From contig CM000208.1 of the NCBI GenBank assembly GCA_000002445.1, forward strand, positions 1 through 64,000: a stretch of DNA of 64,000 nt, written 5' to 3'. Shown here one piece after another: positions 21,674-34,600 of this stretch. How positions within the stretch are numbered: position 1 is the stretch's first letter; every line of letters begins with the position of its first letter. This stretch comes from Trypanosoma brucei (Eukaryota). Under the pieces are notes generated by a model. It worked only from the letters and a program-made list of their open reading frames with translations. It was not told the origin of the DNA and made no database searches. The position numbers were made by a program, and so were the translations under genes.

Positions 21674-24600
21674 TACTTCAAATTCTACCTAGTTAACTAT
21701 TTTGACAGTTAATTTGAGTGGCTATCATTGCTACAGCAACCGCCACCCACACCTTAAACTTCCATATTTGGTTGATACTTTCCTTGCGTGGAGAAAAATA
21801 GGTGGTAATTTTTTCCAAAGACAGAGCTTCCATTCACAGGGTTCGTGTGGTAGCCACAAGCAATTTGATTTTACGTGCGTTAGTATGCTTTAACGGTTCT
21901 AAATTTGTATTAACGGAGCGTTTTGAATCAAACAGTCTGAAACGGTGTCATAAAACACTTAATTATAAGATATTTATACTAACTATCCAAACAGTTCCAG
22001 GGGTACATCGATTGTTTCTGTATCATTTATTTTAATGATTCCGGCTCTGCATTTGCTTCCTCATTCTTTTTTGTCCACGTGTCCTTAGTAATGAATATTA
22101 ACAAAGTTCTTATTCAGGCATTTTATTGCTTTTGTCCATTGCATTTGCGTGACTGAGCCAATCAATCCTCTCCATCCGGACCGTCAGCGCTCGTTGCAAC
22201 TTTCGCTGAACCAAATCCGTTATTCTCGTTCTTTACTTAATTGCCCTGCCTCAATACGACCCCGACCATAGTTGTGCGGTACTTTGTCAAAAGCGATTAC
22301 GTTGCACATATCCTTCGCGAGTAACCTCGCTCGTTTTCCCATTTTACTTAATTCTTGGTTTTCATGATCTCAACCACGGATACAGCTCACTGTAGCCTTG
22401 ACCGCTAACTCCCAACAACCAGAAAAACCTGCTGTACATGCAGCCTCGTCAACCCCAGAGTCAATATTGATGCAGTTCCCCCGTTTACAGCCTTTGAGGC
22501 ATTTCCCGAGTCTATCATGGTGGTAAATGTCCTCGGTATCATTAAAAGCATTTATTAAACCGTCAACGCTGTTAGTGGCGAGCTGCATGTTTGTATGCGC
22601 TTCTTCGCATTTCCCCAACATCTATATATTCCCTCGCTGCTCTCGGTCAAATTTTAATAAGAACAACCCCCTCTTCTGCAGTTTTTGATTCAAACCGGCA
22701 GTGTGTTCAGTCAGTCCTTGTGTTCCCACCGCAGGTATGACAACTCTACTCTCAAGGAAACGCCGGAGTGCGTCGACAGCGTAGTTTAAACCCTGACTAA
22801 CAACTCCTTTCCATTTTGTCCCTGTTTTGGTATTCCATCAATGCGTCCGTCGACTTCGTTCTAGCCTTTCTGACGATTCTCTTCAACCGAAAGATGAGCT
22901 GTGTCCTCACATGAAACAGTTTGTACCTAACGATCCCCTGCTTTCTTCGGATTAAACGCCATAATATCCAAATATTCGTTGTGACTCGCCATATGCACTT
23001 GCGCCCACTGGCTTTCTTCCTCTTTGTGCGATGACCGCACACGCGCCTCATTATCACCGTTTCTCTATTCGTTAGCTCACAAAAAGTCTGAGTCGCTTCC
23101 TGGCACCTTTTCCACGCTTTACACATGTATCGACGGGCAAGTTCTCGTTACCCTGCGATGGTGCTCTGGGACTTGGCAGGCACTCAGCTTCTTTCGCGGG
23201 CAAAACGATTTGTTAGCTTGGCGACGAGATGTTTTATCACCATCTGGGTTTTACCGTTTCTCGCCTGTGTCTACGCGACCATTGTTTTGTGGCTTAACCG
23301 TCCCTCTGGACTGAATGTTAGAAGTTTTTTTCATGACGAACTGCACCAGTTTCATGCATTGGCCACCTTCCATTCTGTTCCACTGCGCTCATCAACCCCA
23401 TTCCTTCTCATCCTTGGTGTCCTCGAGTTTCTGGAGGAAGTGCCTGATCGTCTCTCGGTATTCTGTTCTTCCGTTGTTGCGAACCTCCCTTCACTTCCCT
23501 TCCCGACTGTGCACTATTTTTTGTTTTTGCACCACGTAAGTCTGGCTTGTCTGAGGAGTTTCAAATAGCACCCTGAACGCCGCCTGCTTTCCGTTGTTAT
23601 GTTTCACCTCTTTGTGCCTCCATCCGTAGTTGTTCCTGGGGCGATGACAATTCCAGGATCGTGCTACCGTGTGTGCGTTAGATTACCGCCCCCTGCATCA
23701 AGTAGGACATACTGAATCCGCGAAGGCTCTCCGGCTTTCGTGAGGTGTTTCTAGCAATTATCACCTTTGTTTCTTCAACTTCTTGATTTATTGTCTTTTA
23801 CTCATCTATTATCTCCCTTTCTTCAGGTCCTGCATGCCAAAAAGTATACTGTCATATTGGGCGGGAAATCATATCATAACTGTGGTATGGTTTTGAGGGT
23901 TGCAGTCTTTTACCGTGCTGGTGGCGGCTTTGCCGTCAGAATTCTTGCCGCATACTTTGAGGTTGTATGTGCTATTCATGAATTTACGATATTCTTTTGA
24001 TATGTCTTCTGAGCCAGCAGCGACTTTGCCCGACGGAGCACAACAGCAGTCATTTTCATTCAGCCTTTCCGCAACTGCCCTCCTCGCATATCATACTCGC
24101 CGTCCACACAACATAACTTCCAATTTCACTGAAAAGGAAATAACAGAAAAGCTCTTGCTTAACATTTTCTCCCCCATATGCTGTGTCGTATTTTACTCGG
24201 TCCGTCACCTCTTTCACCTCGTTTTGTTTCTGCATTTATGTCTGAAGAAGTCTTTTTGCCATGCAAATGTTCAGCTATGCTTTCCGCGTCGACCTTCGCC
24301 GTGTCGCCATGTCGCCATTGTATGCTCCTCAGCCTCATATTTGAAACTTTGTAATATCCATCGCTGCCCTCTTTTAGTCAAAAGATGGGGAGATGTTTCA
24401 CGTTCCTTCACCGCCTTGTCACACCACGCAAGCACAGCCGGTATGTTGTTCCTGAAGGCTGAACACTGTTCATTTCCTAAACCACACTATATTTTTCATC
24501 GCTTCGATAGTCATTTTGTAGAAAGTTGTTCCCGTATCACCTCTCTGCCTCCCGTATGCATTTTCACAAAGCCTCTATGCTATTGTGATATCAGCGTGTT

Positions 24601-27600
24601 CGGTGGCGCATGCCTCTGACCTGACATTTTCCCCCGCTTTCCCCTCAATTTCCGCTCCTGCACGGTTCCACGCCCTTACTCCCTTTGGTCACCTCTATTG
24701 GATTCCCCATAATTTTTCTCCGCTTTTAAGATGTCTTCATGGCCTTCCGCAGCTTGGACTCAATGTGGTGCTGACGTTACGGATGCTATTTGATTCCCTT
24801 CCCAACCCCTCAATTGTCATGATGGGGGCAATGGAAAAAAAGCCATTCCGTGCGGCACCACACGTATCAATCCTACTTTTTTTGTCAGCGTGATATCAGT
24901 GCGCGCAATTTTCCTTGGAAGGAAATTTCCCCTCAACCTTATCAGGCGCGGATTCACATTAAACGGCTCATATGCAAAGAATTCGGTAACAGCTCACTAA
25001 GTTGAATGTCGGCACGCACCTCATGAACAGTGTGGGGAAGCAGTCGCTCTCTCCATCGGATCTGATCGCATTCTTCGCCTGTAAACGGGTGCGGTTGCAG
25101 ATTATTGTGGGACGAAATTGAACTATGATACCCGCACCATCCTTCTACACGGTTCTTAAACCTCCCGATCAACACTCCCGCCCTCAGTTTCTTCACAGCG
25201 ACATCCGGCGTCACGACGGAAAATGATTTAAATCCCTCAATCAGTTTTCTCTGCTTCAAGAACGAGATGTTGATTCCACGCTTCCACTGCTCAAGGGTTT
25301 TGCTTTTTTTCTGGAAATGGCTTCCGAGTCGCTGTTAATACCATCTTCCAACTCTGTCCATCTCCTTAAAATCGTTGCACCGAATCTCATCGTCTCCCCG
25401 CCGTCCCGCATCTGCAAAGGTCCCCAAGAACCTGTGTCATTTTAGTGCGTGCGAACGGTTCAAATAGAGTGTTCGTTGCCATTGGATGCAGATCCGGGTG
25501 ACAACAAGAGTTTTCGCATAAATATCCGCCAAGGTTTGCACCCGCCGCCTTGCCGTTCGTGAGCGATTGCCTGTTGCGCGAGAGCGATGCTGGATGACGG
25601 TACCTGTATGAGTGCTGGTTTAAGGCGCACCCAATTTTTTCTTTTCGCGGTGGATGGCGTGGAGTCGTCCTCTGTCCACGCCCCTAAAACTGTTTTATTA
25701 AGCGGGTTCCTTCTTGAATAAGTGAAAGCCGTACTCTTCGTCAAGTCCAAGTATCGTCTTATTTTATTTTCGAATACTGTCGGTTCGGCGCCCAGTTTGG
25801 TGGTGCGGTGCCCCTGCCGCCACGGATAGTTGTCGACGACACCAGAAGAAGAGCTGCATAGCTCCATTGAGCTCATCCGCTTCTCTCACCACTTTTTCCA
25901 CCCTTTAAAAAAACACCTGCTTTTCAATGCATAAAATTAGCCAGCTTTCACTCTTCTACAAATACGCTGACCTCCAAGAGTATGCGGCGTACAAATTCCC
26001 TATATGCCATTCACTGCTTCAGCATCGAGAGCCACACAACTGTGATCGTAAATGAAGCTATTCTCCGCCATCTGCTAATTTGCCTCGCCATCCCTATTTC
26101 AGGTAATGCCTGCGGAAGGAAATTAGCCTCCAATCAATCTCTATTGGGCTGAAGCTTCATTATGGGAAACTCTGAAGCTTCATTACAGACGCTAGTTGAT
26201 TATCAAGTCCCACCACACAGATCCTTTGACCATTTTGCTATGTTGACCAGCCCGTCCAGTGATTTTGCTGTTTCTATACCTTCTGCAAGGGAGTTTGAGT
26301 ACCGCGGCCTCGCGTACACCTTCACTTTGCTGCAGGTTTTTGCATTTAAATCACGTCAGCTGCTCGCTCAGATATTATCGCTGCTTCCGTTGGCCCCACC
26401 GTTGGAAATATTGAGTTGGATTTGTGCCCAGGATTGTGAATAGCATCCCTTGGAAATACTACCTGCCTACACTCGATACAAATTGTGGTTCCTCTTAACT
26501 TTTATCGTTCCTCCCCTCACATCTTGCACTGCGCAAGTACACGAATATTGCCCGATGTCACCTCCTCTCCTGTCACCAAACATTCGAATTGCCTCGATGA
26601 AAAAATATCACGCGTTCTGCAGCTACAGTACTCTCTAAGGTCATACAACCGATTCAAGTTCCCTTTACCAGACTTGTTGCTGGACTCCCCCGCCATAGCA
26701 GAGCATACCACATGCAAATTGACGGCAGACCTCACCTTCACTATTCGTCCTGGTTGCTTATATTTAGAATTTACTTAAAGTAATACATTTCATATTTATC
26801 TTAACAAGGTCACGCAACACCACACAGACACGTCAAAAACAATGAAATAAATCATAGCTTAATAGTGGGAAGTAGTAGCGGGTGAGAGGAGAGGCGATAA
26901 TAACAGTTTTCGGGTCCGCAAGGCCGAAACATACCGTAGAATTTTAAAGGGTTCGTAATGCATTTACCGGCGTCTCCTCGCTACAGCATTATTATGTTTT
27001 TCACGCGAAAGCATAGGATGGAAAACTGTTTGCTACCGCCGCATACCACTCGTTTAAGCAACTTGCGGTTAAGCGCTCGCGAAAACAATTAAATTAATGG
27101 CCTTCCAGGGGGGTTCGATAAATAAGCTATGCTCGTTAATTACTTCTTTTGTATTTGCATGCTTTTGCGATTTGTTCCCAATTAACTTGGCTTCCTCAAA
27201 TGTCACTACCCCGTAAGTTTTTCTTGCTTACTTATCATTATTAAAACATTTTATGTTTTCATTTGCTATTCGCATCAGTAAAAAAAAGTTTTGAGGTTAC
27301 CAGTGGAGTCTCGAATTTCCACGTCAAGTTGTTTTGCTCTTTCCTTATAATATAAGCTTAATGATATCGGTAAATTTTTCCTTAACATACCTTTACCCTC
27401 ATAGTAATTTATCTCCTAAGCGCGAAGTGATTCCTACAATTTTCAGAATGCAAAAAAAATAACTCACTGGTGATGGTCCCTTCAACGCTTTTATTTTTTT
27501 TTTAGTTTCCTTGTCTTATAAACGATTTTGTGAAAATTCTAACCGTCTCCCGCCTGGTAGCTGAGCCGCCTTTACTGACATTCTTCTTTATATGCTTAGA

Positions 27601-27854
27601 ACCTTTAATTTATCCTCCCTCCCTCCTAACTTTTTGCTTTACATTTTCAAGCCACTCGTGACGAGGTTAGAGCCGCTCACCCCATCTGTAGTGTTCTCCT
27701 TTTAAATATTGTTTTGTTATAACACTTTTTAAATGTTTTTCTCGTAAGAGAGTTGTGATTAATTATTTTTTTTTGCTACGATAGCCTTTACGTTCTGCAT
27801 GGTCTACTTTATTGAGATCTTGCGTGCTCACGCGTGGATTTTCAACGAAGAATG

Positions 27855-28664
27855 CTACGAGCATATGAAGCTGAATGCTGCAAAGAGGATCGTGCGGCGT
27901 CCTCCACGCCATGCACTGTTACCGCTTTGCGTGCTGCCTCCCGCTGCCTTCTGCACATCCAGATCGTTTGTCAAGGTTATCGCTGTACTGCTTTGCCCTG
28001 CTCCCGAACCTACTTCTTCTGGCGGCAGCCGCACCACGTGCGTGCTATCGTGCCCCATTGCCTTCACACTTGCAATAGTCCTCTCCCCGCTCCCCTCTTC
28101 TGCTCTCCCCTCTTCTTCGTTGTTATCCCTTGCGTTTTGCTGCCCCCCTGAGACTCCCGATTCCCGCCCTGTTTGACCCACATTCTGTTCAGTGTGGTCA
28201 GCTACTGAGGACTCAGGTGCCCTCGAGACTTGGGAACCGTTGGATAGTTGTTGTACCTTATTATCTTCTTCGGTCCTATCTGTGTTGCTTCCTCCCGTTC
28301 CACCCACTTCAGTGGTTGGACCCCCACCGGTCGAAATAGACGGGCTGACAACACCTTCGCCGGTTGGAACATCAGGTTTCTCCTGCTGCTTTCCTTGATC
28401 TTGATTGCTATCCGCACCACCACTCGGTGTGTGGGGCCGCGGAGCAGAGGAAAACGGAAGTGCTGGATGGAAACGAGTACTCCCATGGTGGCGGTCTTGA
28501 TTTGCATTCAGGGACCCGCACTCCACACCTCCACGAGCGGAGGGTCGGTATTCAGTGCATCCACCGGTTCCGTACGAAACCGCTGTTGTTCGCATACTCT
28601 GCAAGGTAATGGTTGACATGCAAGACCTTAGTGTAAACAACAGAGTTAGTGTAATTTTTAACAT
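27855..28664 (-). CDS. Hypothetical low-complexity ORF (269 aa): G/S/T/E-rich acidic protein with a hydrophobic N-terminus (MLKITLTLLFTL…) and a hydrophobic C-terminal tail (…RRTILFAAFSFICS). It could be a mucin/procyclin-like surface protein or an artefact of a stop-poor GC-rich patch.
   Basis: - Long ORF.
- Repetitive GG/TGG/EE-rich composition.
- Several other frames on both strands are also open across 27800-28650, which weakens the call. Confidence 0.25.
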   Translation of the reverse strand: MLKITLTLLFTLRSCMSTITLQSMRTTAVSYGTGGCTEYRPSARGGVECGSLNANQDRHHGSTRFHPALPFSSAPRPHTPSGGADSNQDQGKQQEKPDVPTGEGVVSPSISTGGGPTTEVGGTGGSNTDRTEEDNKVQQLSNGSQVSRAPESSVADHTEQNVGQTGRESGVSGGQQNARDNNEEEGRAEEGSGERTIASVKAMGHDSTHVVRLPPEEVGSGAGQSSTAITLTNDLDVQKAAGGSTQSGNSAWRGGRRTILFAAFSFICS

Positions 28665-31600
28665 TCTTCGCCTTTCCAGGTTGCTGAAGCGCCAATTCTA
28701 TACAGACCCCTTTGAGATAAAAAAGGATGATCGAACTGGGAACTCCCCACGTATCTACACACATTTTCTTTGTGTAAGCGCAACAATCTTAGGTTTTACA
28801 CATCTACTTTGGTTTATTACGTTGACTGTTAGCTTTACAGGTTAATTCAGATGTGTCCTTTACAACTTGTTGCTGACGTTCGGCCATTTCGACGGATCCT
28901 TCGGATGTATTTTATTTCATCTCAGATTTAACTTTAACCAGAATGAATTACGCATAAAGGCGTTAAAATAACAATAAAAATAACTAATTACATCCGTCAC
29001 TGTTATCATTATTTTTAGTGTCTCGTTACACGCGTACATGTTTCTAGAACAACATGGGTTGCCAACACATTACTTCCCTTATAAAATTGACCAGTGGTTA
29101 ATTTTAGATGAATTGAGCGAGGAAATAAATCAGAATTCAAAAAAATGACTTGCAAGATCAGTTTTTTTCACTTTATTGCTTCCCCCAGTGCGCACAAACC
29201 GATCGAGGGACAGCATCCCTAAAACCATCTTTTCGCCCTCGCAACAACAATAACAGCGCCGATGGATATAAAATTGTACTTGAAGCGATTGATATCATCA
29301 TACACCTTTATACGCAAAATGTCTATTAATGTACATTATAGGAAAATGATAACAACAACTCACCTCACAATAACCATCATACCAAAATACTGAAAACGCG
29401 ATTAATCCAGTTCGCTCCCCACGTGATCTGTTCGGGTGCGTTTTTATTCTTTTCGCTTGACGTCTATTCCCTCTTATATGAACAACGCATCCTTCGTTTT
29501 ATCCCAATTTTCACTTGTTCTTTCACTCAACTTCCACTCAAATCATTGGGTCCTTTTCTTTACTTCTTTACTTTTCCACGTACCTGTCCGAGGGATGCCC
29601 CTATGTAGTCCAAATCCGTCAGTTCGGGCCTAGAAACTTTGCTGTGGCAACATTTTTCACTGTTTCGCTGTTAAGATAAAGGTACATACAGCACGAGTAC
29701 TCAACCACCATATTACCCTTGGTGTGGTTACCCCATGGATGACGACCATAAACACAACGAGTGTGATGCGGCGATTTTCCGCGTCAAAAAATGCGAAAAA
29801 GTTCCAATTTAAAAATAAAAATAAAAAAACAAAAAATTTCCAAGACAACTTAAAATAAAACCTGATGTTGAGGAAAATAATTAAACAACATTGCATATCC
29901 GGATAGCTGATTAAAGGAAACAATGTTTGTAAGACTATATGAATCATATGGTTAACTGTTGTGACTATATTCACAAACGATATGCATATACACGCATCAA
30001 ATATCGCTTTAGCAACTCTTTTTCGCCGGAAATCCTTCTTTAAAGGTTTTAAGGAACACAGTCATCGCCGCTACTGGCTTTTCACCTATTTTCCATGAAG
30101 CATCATTCTAGCACAATGCTGCATTTAATTGCCTTCACACACATTTTTTTTCTAGGATCACCTCATACGTTTTACACGGCACCTTATCTTTTAAAGTCTT
30201 TGATACTTCTGTGAACAAGAAGTGTTATATATTGTTTTTTGCCCGCTCTTTCCTACGCTGTCCTAACAATTGAATTAGCGTTCTCACACGGAGATTTACC
30301 CCCCCTAATTATAACGTAACTTACACTGTTAATCCCCCTGTTACTATGTTGTTATCAATATGTGATTCCTTCCACCATTCCAACCAGTTGGGATTTATCT
30401 ACAGCATCAGTTGCCCTCACTCCATATCTCTCTTTTTCGAGCCTTCCTTGAACACCTCCACCTTTTCGCAGTTAAAAATGGTCTGGAGACATCGTAAGTT
30501 GCCTTGCGCGCGCATACAATCCAGTTCACACTATTCCTTCGCGTTTCATGCCTCCACAAAGCCCGCCCGAACAATCATGTCTGTTTGATCTCAGATTGCT
30601 TTAACCTCAAAAACTATTTTTGGTCCTATGTCTTTCTTCTGTTTGTTGCTTTTGCTTGACTGCTGACTCTACGGAGTAACCTCACTTCACCTTTTCTCCC
30701 AGCATTCTAGATTTCCACTTCAAATCACAAGCAAATTAAAGAAGTGAGCTTTCCCTCTGCTTTCCGGACTTTTTTTGTGACACTTCACTTTAAATTTTCC
30801 TTAGTAAAGCCGAAAATACAAAAGTAATTTACCGATGGGTTACCCTATATAAATACAAAAAAATTACACTTAAATGTTGTAAAACAACTCACGTGGAACT
30901 CCTTTTTTCTTCCGGTGGCATTGTAGTGGAGGCACTTGTTTCGGTGCCAGAAGTTGTTTGATCACTTGAAGTTGCGCTCCCCGATTATTCGTCTGCTCTC
31001 TCGGTTCGTGACTTTTTTTTTCAGGATCTGGGTGTGTTCTTGTACCTGTGGCCGTGCATGGATATGGCTCTGGATTTGTGTTTCACCTCGTGTCTGCGTT
31101 TATGTTTACACTGTTGCTCATATTTCCAGCTTCGTTCCTCAGTTTTTCAAGACTATTAAGCCACTCAATGCCGCTTGCATTGCTTGATCTGATATTTTTG
31201 GATACACTACAAACTTCGTCACTTTGTGCTTCTACCTGTCCATTGCAAGTGTGCAGTCTGTGTTCTTTACCTCCAACGTAGGTAAAATGCGCACCACCTC
31301 TTTCCGTACGGGTCTTTATGATAGTCCTCCGCTGCGTTTTTTTGCTCTCGAAACTCGGCGTCCGTTGGCAGACCCTTGTCCTGTCCTTCTTTGCATATAG
31401 CTTCTAATTCGCATCATGTTTCTTATGATTTTCCGAATCTTGCTACCATCTAGAAAGTATTGTTCCACCGTTGTCTTTGTGACAAGGGGTCACGCGCGGG
31501 GACTGATACCATTCTTTTCGCACAAGCAAACGAGATCCTTCACAAGCGCCTTTCCCGCTGCAATGGGGGTGCCTCCAGTATATTGTACGCAATCCATTTC

Positions 31601-34600
31601 CCTGTATATTCCCCAGGTCATTTTATCTACATTAGTGACGTCCGTTCCAAAAATATGCATCTCTAGCCTTCTTTTGCAGAGAAGCTACACCTACTGCTGA
31701 TTTTCCCCCATTTCTTCTACCCACTCGCTTATTCGTTCAGTTAAACGAACAAATTCACATAACACTTTAAACTCTTCCTCATTAACAATGTCTTTTCAGG
31801 ACCCGGATACATGGGAAAGCATGAAAAACATAGCTACAAATAATCCAGCTGATATCTTCCACATTTTTGTTCCACCTTCTGTAATTAGACTCCTTTCTTT
31901 AAAGGCAGTTACCAAAAAGACAAATAGTTGTTTATTCGCTTTTCTCGTATGAAAATTATGAACACAACGCACCAGTAACGCTTCTACTGAGAAGTTTCTC
32001 TTCCTATTCTGAGTATTTTGAATTGAAGGAAAAATAAGACTCCTCGTTCATCACATATTTTCTTCGCTGTGGAACGTCTGTAATAAACATGTCGCATCAC
32101 ACAGCCCGTACAAACTAATTGGCAGCAAAGGCATAAAGGGTAGCGCCCGATCCAATCGTACGATTTTAGTAACCACAGTGTCAGGCCTTTAGAGGTCGTA
32201 AAACTTTCATCATGACGACGAGCTCAGCGGAATTTAGCTTGAAACTCCTACGCTTCTTCCCTTGGATCAAACATGGACGCTTGGCAACACTTGAGGCACT
32301 ATCAAACCTTGACGTGGCATGCTTTCCTCGCATGAAAGCACACCGTTTTATATAAGTGGCTTCTCACATGCGAGAAAAAAAAACGAATCATCATTTATTT
32401 CTTTGCCGATCATTCTCCAGCAGCGACTCGCTCCCCAACACAAAGTGGCGAAAAAGGCCGTCGAGGCGCGGAACCACAAACATACGACGTGGATCCCCTC
32501 GGCAACCATTAGGGTGGTTAAACCCTTCCATTGAGTTGATTAAATTTTTGATGTTTTCACATATCGGGAGATTTGCCGCCAGGTGGAATATCCTACCAGG
32601 CTCTGAACACAATAGACACAGGCTCAACATTACAACGGTAAAGTGCCGGGAAGATGTTATTGAGTTTTGACATTTTACAGCGGCCTCAGCCTTATTTACC
32701 CCCTTAAAGTCGCTACCATTGCCGCTTAGTAATGATTACTCATGCGGGCGCAGTTAACTTCAGGTGACATATTATTCTACTGTTACTGGCGCACCAATAG
32801 GTAAGTTCATCTTCCTGTGTGATCGAATGATGCTACATGTCGCTGGTAATGATTTCACCGGTTTGGCTTCCCTGCTGCAGAACCCGTATGTGCGGGGTCA
32901 ATAACTCCTTCGTCTTGGAAATGAAATTATAGTTTGTACATGCTGCGGACAACTTGAGTCTGTACTCCTGGTACCTCTCGCGAAAGTTTAATTTCGCCGC
33001 TGTTCTGGAGCTTCGTACTCCACCGCACATTTTTGTCGAGTTCATATTACATTCCGTTGTGTGTACGGTTGCCCCCGACCTTGCAACGTGACGGTTTAGG
33101 CCTTTGTGCGCTGATAAGCCTCTTGTTTTGTCAGATGTGAAACCATATAATTTGCACAGCGGCGGTGAGCTGTCTGTAGCAGTGCCGTCGGTTCCGTCAT
33201 TTGTTCTGTTGATGCCGCATTCTCGCGCTTCTCACTGCGTGGCTGCGCTTCCCCCACTACTCCCCGTTGTGAGCGGTTGCAATACTTCACCGCGACACTT
33301 TATCCCATGGTACATGGCGTAGCCTCTGTTTTCGCGCAATAAGTCCCTATCGATTGCACTTTACAATGCATTCCCTTTTGTGTTGTTTCCAGTCCCATTG
33401 CCGTCTATTTCAGGAAAGAGTACTCTTTGTTTGAACACGTTGTCCTTCTGTCAACTATACAACGTCAGTCCGCCTGTTTTGTCCGCCGCAGAACTTTGTA
33501 CTGCTCAAATCCAAGAATACAGACGGTTCTCCTCGTCCATACCTTTTTTCTGTTTTTGTTTCCTTTACCACACACACACACAGAAACTTTTGTGGCGTTT
33601 AGCGATGAGGTGTGTTAGCTATATCCTATTTCCGTTGGATTTACCGAATATTTCGCCTGCATAAGGCTCCGAAACTTTAGTAAAGGTTTCGCTCAATACT
33701 TAAAGCTGCACAGAACATTTTGGCATACATGATCGCCCATCGTAGGGGGTGGTATGATTCCGTTGGGATGTAGTCTCCCCTCTCGTGGTGTGAGCGGGGC
33801 GGATAAATGTACCATCACTATTCCATTAATCCAAAACTGAATGGTGTTATCCCTCATCCCGCGCACCAGACGCCATTCAGAGATGTTAGAATATTTTCCC
33901 AAACACCACACAAGGCACGCTGTGAAGTCATTACCCGAAGACAAGCAGGGAAAGCAATTGCTCACATGATGCATAGGAGCCTTGAGATCTCCCCGTTAAC
34001 TGCGAGCTACTGATATCATTGGCGGTAGTGTACGCATAACATCCCAGAATTTAAACAATACACCTCAACCACATATGTGAAAACACAACCCTTCGAAGGA
34101 TTTAACGTCCGCAAATCGGGTGGAAGAAGACGCTGACAAAACAAATTTTTAAAAAGCTGCAAGCAAGTCTGCTAAAAGTCAACCGCACAAGCTGTTGCAC
34201 ATCCATAACCCATACGTATTTCACCGCTCACAAAAGTTGCCCGTAAACTCAAATTCCCATCTTCCACCGCAAGATGCCACAACGAACCATGGCGCTCAAA
34301 GTTGCACCCCTTTTAAAGTAATGGCAGTCAAACCTCAACAGTCACCGTATAGCAACGCGCATATGTCCCAATAAAGAAATCGCAATCGTCTACACAACTA
34401 CTGAAATGGTGATACCCACCTCCAAAGAAGCAAAATTGCTTTTATGGTTCCTATGAAATCAGTCCTTGGTGTTTCAGGATTACTTTACGGGAAGCGACAG
34501 CACCCGACACAAGCACGGATCCACACGCACAAGCAAACAAACACGGTGAATCCCCCAGTACAGTGGGCTAGTTGTTGGATTCACAGTTTGATCGTAATAA

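Noticed and set aside
24954-25876. Two collinear minus-strand ORFs (138 and 101 aa) that might be a frameshifted ~300-aa gene
   Set aside because: No recognisable motifs and a 200-bp gap with multiple stops in all frames. There is insufficient evidence to call a pseudogene, so it is left unannotated.
32319-32670. Overlapping ORFs on both strands in a small GC-richer patch
   Set aside because: They are short (71-104 aa) and mutually overlapping in opposite orientation, with no motif. They are most likely a compositional effect.
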